Source of the DNA: a virus
Taxonomy: Duplodnaviria > Caudoviricetes
DNA length: 64,000 nucleotides
Strand: one strand, 5' to 3'
IMG/VR virus record: IMGVR_UViG_3300036770_007283
The number at the start of each line of letters is the position of its first letter. Within the stretch, counting starts at the first letter, position 1. Below, piece by piece: positions 9,535 through 19,102 of the stretch. The translations under genes and the position numbers were made by a program. The notes below the pieces were generated by a model that saw only the letters and a program-made list of their open reading frames with translations, searched no databases and had not been told where the DNA came from.

Positions 9535-10227
9535 CTATAACCATAAAAGTTCAAGGGTAGAGTTGGTTGAGGCAGGTGGACCAGTCACAACAGCCACGCC
9601 AGGATGGTTTTGCGTTGGTTGTTTGGTAGTAAATTTTCCATCAAGACCCACATATAGGGTGGCATTTAAAGCATAATTTTGTCTGGTGTCAAACTGATCG
9701 GTAGCATAAAAGCCTCTATTATAATGAACAGTAACTCTTCCAGTACCAACAGTAGAATCATCACCTGGCTGATTTGCTATACGATATGTGTAATTTACAA
9801 CAACTTTAAAGCCATCCATAATCCCATCATTATTGCTATCATAATTTAAGGGTGTGCCAGGAGGAATAATAACTACACCATTCACTGTATTTAAAATAAC
9901 AGAAATAGTTGAGGTAAAGCTACTTTGAATTATATTTGAAAATTGCAAAAATCCATAGCACTCACTTTTATTAACAACTTGACCATTTTCATCTAGTTCT
10001 GTGCTTGGGGCATTTATTTCAACAACTTCGTCTATTTGATTTTTTGTAAAGGCCTTTGTTCTAACATCATCAATCATTCCAATTGGTGCGGTTCCATCAC
10101 TAACACCACAAACAATGTCATTACCAATAATTTTAAGTTGTGCAATCATCCCTGGTTCAAATTCTGCAGTAGGGTCTAATGGAAAGCTAACAGGTAAGGA
10201 AGTTCCAGTATGTACGATTCTTAACAT
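9535..10227 (-). CDS. Head decoration/minor capsid-like protein (paralogue of 5294..5965)
   Basis: Shared motif pattern with 5294..5965; head-cluster position; GAGG RBS. Confidence 0.55.
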   Translation of the reverse strand: MLRIVHTGTSLPVSFPLDPTAEFEPGMIAQLKIIGNDIVCGVSDGTAPIGMIDDVRTKAFTKNQIDEVVEINAPSTELDENGQVVNKSECYGFLQFSNIIQSSFTSTISVILNTVNGVVIIPPGTPLNYDSNNDGIMDGFKVVVNYTYRIANQPGDDSTVGTGRVTVHYNRGFYATDQFDTRQNYALNATLYVGLDGKFTTKQPTQNHPGVAVVTGPPASTNSTLELLWL

Positions 10228-10254
10228 TTAATCCTCTTATATATAATTAATTAA

Positions 10255-10278
10255 AAGGGGGAGCTTTTACTCCCCCTT
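10255..10278 (-). terminator. Rho-independent terminator
   Basis: 9-bp stem AAGGGGGAG/CTCCCCCTT with a 6-nt loop, followed by TT-AATT on the minus strand. Confidence 0.75.
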
Positions 10279-10304
10279 CTTTATACGTAAATTATATTAG
10301 ACAA

Positions 10305-10970
10305 TTAGCCTTTTTTGATATTTCTTATGGTGGCTAGAATAACGTCTCCAGTCATTCTGTCGCCTTCTGCATAAGATTCTTTGGCCATCTTTTTAAGTCC
10401 AACAATAACTTGCTCTTGCTGCGCAGCTTTAAAAATTGCTTCCTCTTTGATTTCTTTTGCGGTTGCCAATACCATATCGGCAGCAAAACCTTTTCCATCA
10501 ACTCTGAGGTCTTTTGCAATTTTTGAAAGTTCAGCTAAGACATAAGATGATTTTGCATCTAGTGCTGGGGACATAGGATGTGCAGGCATGTTTGGTTTGG
10601 CATCTTTTGCATAAGAACCATCACCGCAGTTGGAGCAACCATCTTTAGCCTTACAGTCATAAGCCATATCATGAACTTTATTACAATTTGGACAAGATTT
10701 TTCGTCCTTGGCCATACAATCATAAGCCATGTCATGGACTTTATTGCACTTAGCGCATTTATCATCTTTGATATAAGACTTAAGCTGATCTAATACCTGG
10801 TCCATACTTCTATTTACGTCTGGACCAGTATCCTTATTGTCTTTGACCAAAAAGTCACTGGCTTTAAAGTCTTTAGCTTCCGATGCTTTTTTCTTTAGGC
10901 TGTTGAGTTGTTCCATAGTTTTTTTAAAACTTTTGGCCAACTCATCACCAGCGTATTTGTTTCCAAACAT
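10305..10970 (-). CDS. Hypothetical head-cluster protein with tandem Cys/His motifs
   Basis: Two copies of CxxCNKVHDMAYDC plus a third CSNC; several K-x-A motifs. Confidence 0.65.
   Translation of the reverse strand: MFGNKYAGDELAKSFKKTMEQLNSLKKKASEAKDFKASDFLVKDNKDTGPDVNRSMDQVLDQLKSYIKDDKCAKCNKVHDMAYDCMAKDEKSCPNCNKVHDMAYDCKAKDGCSNCGDGSYAKDAKPNMPAHPMSPALDAKSSYVLAELSKIAKDLRVDGKGFAADMVLATAKEIKEEAIFKAAQQEQVIVGLKKMAKESYAEGDRMTGDVILATIRNIKKG
10654..10757 (-). repeat. Intragenic tandem repeat, 63-bp (21-aa) period, 2 copies
   Basis: cagtcataagccatatcatgaactttatt at 10654 versus caatcataagccatgtcatggactttatt at 10717. Confidence 0.85.
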
Positions 10971-10979
10971 TGTAACTCC

Positions 10980-13900
10980 TTATTCCCAAAGAGAAGCTAA
11001 AGTTTTTGCATCAAGTTTGCCACTCTTCTGGCTTGACTGTTCACCATCTTCAGTTAATCCAATATTTAGACCAGAAACATCTGCGGCAACCTTTACCTGT
11101 GAAGAACCCTGGAAATTTGCAACGCTTCTTTTGAAAGCTTCGAAGGCTTTATCATCAAACTCCATCATAACATCAACTTGTCTATCAAGAGCTGGTCTGG
11201 ATGGGGCAAGCATTCCTTTTCTCTGCATTTCCATGGCAACATTGTAAGCTCTACGTAGCTTGATTCTGTAAGCCTCTCTTTCTTCTTCGGCTTTCTTATT
11301 CATGAAAGCTTCGGACATTCTAGCTTCTACCTTGCTAACCATACTGTGTGGATCTTTTGAATCTTTTGCTTCATTCATTTTTCCATGTGATTCACCTTCA
11401 GCAACGTGTCTTGCTGCGCTGGAATAATCATCGTGTAGTGAAACTTCTTCATTTCCTACACTTGGTGAAGATAGGTTACCAGTAGGTGCTTTTTCTGCAA
11501 TGGCTCTTGCATCGGTCTTGGTTACGCCAGAGATTGGAGCATTTTCCATCATGCCTTCGCCATCATGTGCTTCATTTTCTGCGGAAGCTTTCTTGCCCTT
11601 AGCCTTTGGCTCTGGTTCAGACTTGGATTTTGCCTTTGCTTTTGGCTTGACATCTTCCTCTGCTTCTTCCATTTTCTTGCCTTTGGCCTTGGACTTACCC
11701 TTCATTTCTTTTTCAACCATTTTCTTGCGAGCTTCTTTCAAGATTGCAAAGCGGCGTTGTTGTCTTAGCTCTAAGGCGCTAGCAACTAGTTCTGATTCTT
11801 CAGTGGCTACTGTGGCAGTCTTTTCTACTTGTGCTGAAGCAACCTTCTGTGATGAATCTTTTTGGCTTGATGATTTCTTTACCATAGCATCTGATAAAGT
11901 GTTAGCCATGCTAACAAGTGAACGGGCTTGTCCAACGATGGTGCTATAATCATTTAAAGCATCAGAAGCAAGAACGTGAAGTTCTTTCTTTTGAGTTGGG
12001 GTTAGAACAGAATATCTGTCGTAAGTTTCACTTAGAAGTGCAAGCTCATCAGCAGACTCTTGTGATTCTGCAAGTGCAATCTTTAATTCGTTAACAAGTT
12101 TTCTTGATAAAGAAACCATCTTATCAGCGCTTTCTGATTCCTTGCTCTCGCCAAGGCTTTCACCGACGTTAACATTGACATCAACCTTGTCACCCTTGCC
12201 AACAAGCTTCTGTACTGCATCTCTGATCTCAGATGATTTTTCTTCAATATCATCTAGAGCATCATTGATAACTTGCTGTGGTGAGGTTTCTTCTTCCTCG
12301 GCACTTGGCTCGCCGCCTGCTTCACCGCCGAGTCCAAGGTCGTCCATGCCCATTCCCATGCCCATATCACCGGCTGGTGGTGGCATTGGGGCACCTGCGG
12401 GGGCTGGTGGTGCTGGAGGTGGAGGAGGTGCTGCCTGTGCAGTCTTGGTTAGTAGCTTGCCAACGTACTCAAGGCCATTTTGACGAATCTGGGCTACAAC
12501 TTCGCGTGCATAATCTTTGCTGGTAATCCAATCCCAATTTTCATTTAGCTTAGGACCGAAAATATCTTTTGCGGTGGCGGCAATAACTAGCTTGTTACCA
12601 GAGTAAACTTCAAAACAAGAAGCGGCTTTGTTAATGCTTCCATCAGCGGCTACCTTTTGCTTAAACTTGGTAGAAAGTGTTGGGCCATTGTACTTGGCTC
12701 TCTTGAGGTGTTCTTTTACTTTTTCATCACCTGGGAACATACCCTTCTCACCACCCATTGACTTGGTTTGGTGCATTTGCTTATCATTTTCCCAGAACTT
12801 GTGATAGTCTTGTGATTTGAAGGTTGATGGTTCTGGAGCAGAATCAGAACCGCCTTGGAAGTAAGCAATCTTCTTTCCATCAAGATTGGATTGAGCTCTA
12901 AGTAACTTTTCTTTTAGCTCTTTATCTTTTGGAAACATTCCTTTGTCGCCGCCCATGGAAGCATCTTGCTCCATCTGCTTGTCATGTTCACGGACTTGCT
13001 TATAATCCTGTGACTTAAAGGTTGCTGGTTCGATTTCTTTGCCTTCGCCGCCCTGTGGATAGGCTAAGCGGCGGCGAAGTGCTGCACGTTTACGTAGTCT
13101 AGACTCGTTCATTATTTCCTCCATTATGGAATTTATTTTATCTAAGTTATTTAATTTCGAAGTTACAGCTGGAAGTGGACTCACACCAAGTAAATCATCT
13201 GTATTATTAAAAGGATCTTCTGTTTCATTATTACCAGCAATTAATGCACCTGCTGCGCCATTGCTAGCAAAATCTAAGCCTGGCTTTACTTCTGGAATAG
13301 ATTCGCCGCTAGTAGCAGATTCTTGCTGTGGTGGTTTTTCACCTGCTCCAGCCAAGATATCTTTAATTGCTTTTTTAAGTGCAGGATCATCTATATTTTC
13401 TGCAACAGCCCTTGCCGCATCAGGATTTTGTGAAATATCTCCTATTGCTTCTGCAACATTTCTAAGATCAGTTGGGTTTACAGAAGGCACATCTACCCTA
13501 GCTACCTTTGTAAAACCATTGGTGTTGAGATATCCACGAATAATTCTTTCGCGCTGATCTAAAGAACAACCATTAGGTCCACAAACAGAGTTTAATAAAA
13601 TATCTAAATCATTTGCAGTTTCTACAGAAAGATCTTTTAACATAGTATTGGTATCAAAACCATAAGACTTAAGTTCTTCATCATGCTTTTTAATTGAAGC
13701 AAAGCAGCGCAATAAAATAGCGCCAGGTTCTGCTGGCTGAACTACCAAGCTGTATTCGATAGGATTTAAGCCAACGTTAATTTCACCCCAAGCCTGTTTG
13801 TTGGTAATATGATTGCAATATTCCTTAGGTGTAGTGGCTTTTTGACCGCATTCTGTACAGATAGAAGTAGAAACTGCGGTACCCATAGAGCCATAACGTA

Positions 13901-14444
13901 CAATTCCAGTCATTACTTTTCTAGCAAGATCAGGATAATTTACCTTATCTAAGGCACACAATCCAACTACTTGCTTTCTTCTTTCATCATAATAAGTATC
14001 TAAAATAATTCCACGAACTCCATCCACGGAGTCAGATTTATGATCTACACAGAGTGGTCTACCAATCCAACTTCTCGCTGCCTTCTTTAATTCAGACTCT
14101 GGAAAAATATCGGAATTATTATTTTTATGTGGTTTGACATTTCCATGCCATTTCCATTTTTCATCAAAGTATCCCCAGGCATTTTCTTTACCAACCTTCT
14201 TTAAATTTCCATAATCATCAATGGTTGCAGCTTCAGCAGCCTTTAAAAAGATAATTGAAAAATAAAGAAAGTCATCAGAGCGTGGAGCTATTGCCCTAAC
14301 AGTTTGTGCAAACTTATTGAGCCTTTCAGTTATTTCTGGACTGGCAAGATTTTCAAATTCGTGTTGTTCAAGTTTTTTAACAACACTCTCGTCAGCATAG
14401 CCTATTTTAATAAAATTTTGTGACATTATATACCTTAAATTCAA
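10980..14444 (-). CDS. Prohead protease (HK97-type) fused to a long scaffold/core region
   Basis: N-terminal domain with LCVDHKSD (His), YGSMGT (Ser) and IEYSLVVQPAEPGA (E-x-S-x-V-x-x-PA). C-terminal ~800 aa is low-complexity/coiled-coil. Lies between portal and MCP. Start is probably the ATG at 14426. Confidence 0.8.
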   Translation of the reverse strand: MNLRYIMSQNFIKIGYADESVVKKLEQHEFENLASPEITERLNKFAQTVRAIAPRSDDFLYFSIIFLKAAEAATIDDYGNLKKVGKENAWGYFDEKWKWHGNVKPHKNNNSDIFPESELKKAARSWIGRPLCVDHKSDSVDGVRGIILDTYYDERRKQVVGLCALDKVNYPDLARKVMTGIVRYGSMGTAVSTSICTECGQKATTPKEYCNHITNKQAWGEINVGLNPIEYSLVVQPAEPGAILLRCFASIKKHDEELKSYGFDTNTMLKDLSVETANDLDILLNSVCGPNGCSLDQRERIIRGYLNTNGFTKVARVDVPSVNPTDLRNVAEAIGDISQNPDAARAVAENIDDPALKKAIKDILAGAGEKPPQQESATSGESIPEVKPGLDFASNGAAGALIAGNNETEDPFNNTDDLLGVSPLPAVTSKLNNLDKINSIMEEIMNESRLRKRAALRRRLAYPQGGEGKEIEPATFKSQDYKQVREHDKQMEQDASMGGDKGMFPKDKELKEKLLRAQSNLDGKKIAYFQGGSDSAPEPSTFKSQDYHKFWENDKQMHQTKSMGGEKGMFPGDEKVKEHLKRAKYNGPTLSTKFKQKVAADGSINKAASCFEVYSGNKLVIAATAKDIFGPKLNENWDWITSKDYAREVVAQIRQNGLEYVGKLLTKTAQAAPPPPPAPPAPAGAPMPPPAGDMGMGMGMDDLGLGGEAGGEPSAEEEETSPQQVINDALDDIEEKSSEIRDAVQKLVGKGDKVDVNVNVGESLGESKESESADKMVSLSRKLVNELKIALAESQESADELALLSETYDRYSVLTPTQKKELHVLASDALNDYSTIVGQARSLVSMANTLSDAMVKKSSSQKDSSQKVASAQVEKTATVATEESELVASALELRQQRRFAILKEARKKMVEKEMKGKSKAKGKKMEEAEEDVKPKAKAKSKSEPEPKAKGKKASAENEAHDGEGMMENAPISGVTKTDARAIAEKAPTGNLSSPSVGNEEVSLHDDYSSAARHVAEGESHGKMNEAKDSKDPHSMVSKVEARMSEAFMNKKAEEEREAYRIKLRRAYNVAMEMQRKGMLAPSRPALDRQVDVMMEFDDKAFEAFKRSVANFQGSSQVKVAADVSGLNIGLTEDGEQSSQKSGKLDAKTLASLWE
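12696..13064 (-). repeat. Two 57-aa (171-bp) direct repeats inside the scaffold region
   Basis: 12894..13064 AYPQGG..EPATFKSQDY..DKQM..SMGGDKGMFP.D..LKEKLLRA and 12696..12866 AYFQGG..EPSTFKSQDY..DKQM..SMGGEKGMFP.D..VKEHLKRA. Confidence 0.85.
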
Positions 14445-14488
14445 AATATTATTTTCTTATTAGTTGTTTTAAAATTTTGTGTAAAAAA

Positions 14489-16330
14489 TTAATTAATCAA
14501 AGTATCTAAACCTAAAATTTCTTTATTAATATACTGAATAGTATTTTTAATAGAAGTATCTAGGTCTTGAGATGAATTTTCATATTTACCCATTAGATCA
14601 GTTAGTTTTTGCAAAAATTCAGGTTCCGCAGTTGATAATTTAAATATATCATTTACAATATCATTGTTTGATTTTAAAGAACCAAGAATAGATTGAATTT
14701 TTGGTTCAGTAGTGGAGACATCTTTAATATCTCTACTTGATAATAATTCTAAAGTTTTTTGAAGATTAGTAATCATATCATACAATCTTTTACTATTTCT
14801 TTCTACAGACTCTGTATACTGACCACCAGTATTCTTTATTACGCCTGGATCTTGAATCTTTTTATACTCTTCTAAATTCTGAGTTAAAAATTCTTTAAAT
14901 TTATTAAAATTATGAATAGATTTTTTAAGATTATCACGAATTTCTTCTGCGGTCTGGGTCACCTTGTTAGAAACTGGCGAGGTTGTAGAGCTGTAAGCCC
15001 TTTTGAGTAAACTTTCATCAGAAAAAATTTTAATATTTTTATTTCCATATTTTGCTCTAATTATTTTAACAATATTATACTCATCAGAGTCGTTAGGCAA
15101 ATTAATTAATTCAAAATTAAAATCATCACCAGTTTGCATCTTAAACCTGCTGGCGATTAATTTCTTAAATAAATCAGTATTTTTAAACCTTGTAGCAACA
15201 ACAACCTTGCAGTCTTTTTCATAATTAGCCCTTCTAACCTCATTAAACATCTTAAAGCAATCTTCCTTAACTTCATCTGAGTTTAAAAAATTAACAAAGC
15301 TTCTATTAAAGCTGGGAAAAATTGACTCATTGTCTTGGATGTTTTTTAAATCTTTGATATGAAAATCTCTATAAATTTCTTTTCCAAAAGCAGATTTTAA
15401 AATTGAAGTGGCTGTTCCATCCAAATTTACATAAGGTGTATTAAAATCATTAGATTCGATTGTTTTATAAACTCTAATCATTGGAGACTTTTCTATCAAG
15501 CCATCAAAATCAAAGGCATATATATTTTTAATATATTCTGGTTTGTTATTTAAAACAATCTTTGAGATATAGTTAGACTTTTTTGCAGTCTTGTGTAATT
15601 TGTTTGATATATTTAAAATTATAAAATTATTCCATTTATAAATGTTATCAGGAAGTATGGAAGAATATTTAACAATGATATCCTTATCATTACCTATATG
15701 TTTGGATACTTTATTTAATTTATTTACTCCAGGAATATGTGATTCCTCACCCTTTTTAATATCAACAATGCATCCCGTACTAATCCCAAGTCTTTGAGAT
15801 AATCCACCACAAATCTCCAAAACATTTTTGACGCCAGAGCAAGAAAATGTGCCTAAAGTATTGGGCTGAATATTCTTGCAAATTTTTTTAATTTTATTAT
15901 CTTCATCAACAAAGATAATGTCAATTGCAAACTTTACAGTCCCCATATGATAAATTACATCTTCTGGACGTGTATACTCAAATAATAGTCCAGCACTTTC
16001 TTGCAACGAATCATATCTTTGTAGTCCGGCCACTTTATCTTGAAAATCTTTGGCTATATCACAAGAAAAATTTGCTATTAAATCTTCATCGTTAATAATT
16101 TCAATGCTAGCCTTATTTTTTTTGTCTTTAGAATAAGATATATTTTCCACCGGACTTGTTACTCCATTTTCATGCTTAATTGGCTCAACTTCTTCGCTTA
16201 AATATTTGTAAGGCGTTAAGCTATCTAGCCGCTCTTGCGTATTTATTTCTTTTGTTGGTTCCTTGTAGCTAGAATTATTTCCCATCTCATATTCAGTAGA
16301 TAAGATCCACGGCCATGCTTTTTTATCCAT
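14489..16330 (-). CDS. DUF192-domain protein with long N- and C-terminal extensions
   Basis: GLLFEY...YHMGTVKFAIDIIFVDED.KI..I...P...VKNVLEICGGLSQRLGISTG matches the DUF192 consensus. Confidence 0.7.
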   Translation of the reverse strand: MDKKAWPWILSTEYEMGNNSSYKEPTKEINTQERLDSLTPYKYLSEEVEPIKHENGVTSPVENISYSKDKKNKASIEIINDEDLIANFSCDIAKDFQDKVAGLQRYDSLQESAGLLFEYTRPEDVIYHMGTVKFAIDIIFVDEDNKIKKICKNIQPNTLGTFSCSGVKNVLEICGGLSQRLGISTGCIVDIKKGEESHIPGVNKLNKVSKHIGNDKDIIVKYSSILPDNIYKWNNFIILNISNKLHKTAKKSNYISKIVLNNKPEYIKNIYAFDFDGLIEKSPMIRVYKTIESNDFNTPYVNLDGTATSILKSAFGKEIYRDFHIKDLKNIQDNESIFPSFNRSFVNFLNSDEVKEDCFKMFNEVRRANYEKDCKVVVATRFKNTDLFKKLIASRFKMQTGDDFNFELINLPNDSDEYNIVKIIRAKYGNKNIKIFSDESLLKRAYSSTTSPVSNKVTQTAEEIRDNLKKSIHNFNKFKEFLTQNLEEYKKIQDPGVIKNTGGQYTESVERNSKRLYDMITNLQKTLELLSSRDIKDVSTTEPKIQSILGSLKSNNDIVNDIFKLSTAEPEFLQKLTDLMGKYENSSQDLDTSIKNTIQYINKEILGLDTLIN

Positions 16331-16617
16331 TAAAGCACCTTTAATAATTCATTTATTACTGATTTAATAAAAAATGGATCACGACCATTTAATATGTTTT
16401 TAATCAAGCTGATACTAACACCAATAGATGAACCGCCTGGTTGTTTTTTGCTAGACATCTCTGTAACTGGTAGTCGATTAATTTTATTTCTCAAATTAGG
16501 GTAGGCTCTCTGCCTTGATTCTAAAGACATTCTACCTACCATTACGTCTATAATGTCCCTAATTTGCTCTGCAACAAACTTAGGATTTTCTGGAAATCCT
16601 CTAGCTTCTTTTTTCAT
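16330..16617 (-). CDS. Hypothetical head-cluster protein
   Basis: 95-aa ORF translationally coupled to both neighbours. Confidence 0.6.
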   Translation of the reverse strand: MKKEARGFPENPKFVAEQIRDIIDVMVGRMSLESRQRAYPNLRNKINRLPVTEMSSKKQPGGSSIGVSISLIKNILNGRDPFFIKSVINELLKVL

Positions 16618-17142
16618 TTACAACTCCGAAAGATACTGACCGGCTCTATGTAATGCTTTTTTATAAGCTGATTCTTTGGAAAGATTAAGATCTTTATTCT
16701 TGTTATATTCTAGAACAATAGTTCTGGAATATATCTTGGATAATTTTTTAATAATATCATTGGTGTTTGGAACATCAGATAACTTTACTTTTAAAATTAA
16801 GGAATTAAAAAGTACGGTAGGATCTTCATCACGAACTTGGGCAAATTTTTTAATTAAAACATCTGCAAAATCAGCTAAATAATATTCACCAGAATTATCT
16901 AATTCATTGCCAATAACAACTAGCGCATCAAAAAGCCTATTTACTGATGTTTTATCTAATAGATTTTTTTCTGCGTCTAATTCATCTGGATTGACTGCAT
17001 CAAATTCTTCCACCATCTCTACACCAGTTATAAAGCCCCTGGCACCTTTTTCTGAACCAACACCTTCCACCAAATCATTAGAAGGGCCTGTCTCCACAGG
17101 CTCTTCGCCTACTGGCGCATTGCTGTAGGCAATCCGCCTCAT
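16618..17142 (-). CDS. Hypothetical head-cluster protein
   Basis: 174 aa; contains LVVIGNELDNSGEYYLADFADVLIKKFA, a helical motif echoed in other head-cluster ORFs. Confidence 0.6.
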   Translation of the reverse strand: MRRIAYSNAPVGEEPVETGPSNDLVEGVGSEKGARGFITGVEMVEEFDAVNPDELDAEKNLLDKTSVNRLFDALVVIGNELDNSGEYYLADFADVLIKKFAQVRDEDPTVLFNSLILKVKLSDVPNTNDIIKKLSKIYSRTIVLEYNKNKDLNLSKESAYKKALHRAGQYLSEL

Positions 17143-17327
17143 TTTTTCTTACCAAAATTAGGATCAGAAACAATATCTGACACAGAAGCCGGTTTATATC
17201 CTTTTTCTAACTTCTTTTTTCCGCTTACAATATCAGAAGAAGTAACGGTTTCACCACTAGGATTTCTATATAATGGCTGTACGGAAGAAACTTGTGCTTG
17301 CTTTTTTATTTTATATTTTGTGGACAT
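17139..17327 (-). CDS. Small basic hypothetical protein
   Basis: 62 aa with an AGGGG RBS; 4-bp overlap with the next gene. Confidence 0.5.
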   Translation of the reverse strand: MSTKYKIKKQAQVSSVQPLYRNPSGETVTSSDIVSGKKKLEKGYKPASVSDIVSDPNFGKKK

Positions 17328-17366
17328 AAAAACCCCTAAAATAAGATTTTAAAATTACCAGATTCT

Positions 17367-19094
17367 TTATCCCGGTGGTCCACCGGGAGGCCCGCCAGGC
17401 CCGCCAGGGCCACCGCCTGGAGGCCCAGGCATCTCTAGGCCCGGTAGGCCACCACCGCCGCCTGGAGGCCCGCCGCCGCCATCCCCGCCGCCCACAGCGG
17501 TATCTGCCGCTTCGGGTATGACGCTATCAATGTTTAGACCCTCAAGCTCTCGAAGGCGCATGGCTTGTAGTGCCTCCAATTCCTTCATCTTAATAACATC
17601 ATGAATGGCTTCTTCTTTTAATCTTCTTCTTTCTTCATCATAGCTTAAACCAAGACTTCGATACAAGGTTTGCAATGAAACTTGCTTATTAGATACGAAA
17701 TTACCAATATTTTGAATATAGTCATTCATATCATATAAGTTCATATGGTTAAAGTCTACAGTGGGAACTTGTAAAACTTTTTGACCATCTTTATAATTAA
17801 AGAAATCTTGAATCTCTGCAATTGGAGCAAAGATTTTTTGTTCCAACCATTTCTTAATCATGTTTCTAAAAATATCATATCTCTGTCTTAAAACTTCTAA
17901 ACCAATAGACGAGTTTGAATAAGTTACAGATTCTTGATCCATTAAGGATTTTGGAACCATTAAGCCAGTATAGATATTGCTTAAAATATGTTCAATATCA
18001 GTATTTATTTCTAGAATAGATCCGCTAAAACCAATCCTTTCAATGGTTACGCCATCGTGTGTTACAATCTTAAAGTCTTTATCATACTGCGCTTCTTCTA
18101 GTGCAATACGCATGGCTTCAATGTCAGATTGTGTTGGTCTATACTCATTGCCGCCTAACTTGACTAATGTTAATGGATTAACCATGCCGTCAGCCTGAGC
18201 AAACTTTGACTCACGTAATTTATCATAAAGCATTAAGTCCTTATAGGTAGATACAATAACGGAAGTACCTCTAGTATCATAGGGTGAACTTAAAAGCTTT
18301 AAGTGTGAAACGTTTATATTGTCTAAGGGTATAGTTTGACCTTTCTTGACAGCATCTATAATATGTGGTGGAAGTCTTTTCTTTAATGCAATATCAGTTG
18401 GAGAATTAGAATTAACCAATCTTTGCAAGGTTGCATCTGGCTTTAAAGAAATAATAACCTGATCGCCAATAGCGGCCTTTTTAACATGTACATAATCTGG
18501 ATTTAAAATAGTGACCCTTTTCCAGGTTCCGGTTTCACGATCTAATTCTGCATAGGGGAAAACCTCCCCCAACTTCCAGAACTCCAATGAGACACCATAG
18601 ACAATGGAGTATAGATCTATTTTTTCTGCCATCTGAAGGAAAAATTCTTGAATTTCCTTTACAGGATGAACAATATTAATTTTGCTGATAGGATAGCTAG
18701 CATGTAAGTTAATTGCATTTCTGACTAGTGGGTGAGTATCGTAGAAAATTCTATTCCAAGCATTCATAGTTACCCTATCTCTGGGTAAGTTTAAGTTTGC
18801 CAGCTGGAATAAGGGTGAATAAACTTCTGGACCCATCATATCTGTAAGGCCACGTGTGGTAGGTAAAGTAGCCGGGCCAACGGTTGCTCGCTTAGTCATT
18901 GCCATTTTGTAAGCAGAGCTATGAAGAATAGAAGCGGTGGGCTTACTATCTTCCTCGCCAGTCATTTTTTTGCTTTCTGCATCTTGTATCTGCGCTCTTC
19001 GTACATCAGAAAGCTTCTTTAATCCACCGTTGGAAAGTGAATTTTGTACGGCTTCCGCAGTAAGGTTTTGCGGACGATTTACTCTTATACTCAT
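17367..19094 (-). CDS. Portal protein
   Basis: Directly downstream of TerL. Portal-type segments HPLVRNAINL, EFWKLGEVFPY and ILNPDYV, helical C-terminal half, and a Gly/Pro-rich tail. Confidence 0.85.
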   Translation of the reverse strand: MSIRVNRPQNLTAEAVQNSLSNGGLKKLSDVRRAQIQDAESKKMTGEEDSKPTASILHSSAYKMAMTKRATVGPATLPTTRGLTDMMGPEVYSPLFQLANLNLPRDRVTMNAWNRIFYDTHPLVRNAINLHASYPISKINIVHPVKEIQEFFLQMAEKIDLYSIVYGVSLEFWKLGEVFPYAELDRETGTWKRVTILNPDYVHVKKAAIGDQVIISLKPDATLQRLVNSNSPTDIALKKRLPPHIIDAVKKGQTIPLDNINVSHLKLLSSPYDTRGTSVIVSTYKDLMLYDKLRESKFAQADGMVNPLTLVKLGGNEYRPTQSDIEAMRIALEEAQYDKDFKIVTHDGVTIERIGFSGSILEINTDIEHILSNIYTGLMVPKSLMDQESVTYSNSSIGLEVLRQRYDIFRNMIKKWLEQKIFAPIAEIQDFFNYKDGQKVLQVPTVDFNHMNLYDMNDYIQNIGNFVSNKQVSLQTLYRSLGLSYDEERRRLKEEAIHDVIKMKELEALQAMRLRELEGLNIDSVIPEAADTAVGGGDGGGGPPGGGGGLPGLEMPGPPGGGPGGPGGPPGGPPG

Positions 19095-19102
19095 TTATAA
19101 CC

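Noticed and set aside
17367-17520. Very GC-rich stretch at the portal 3' end as foreign DNA
   Set aside because: It is explained by in-frame Gly/Pro codons of the portal tail; similar tracts occur in other head-cluster genes.
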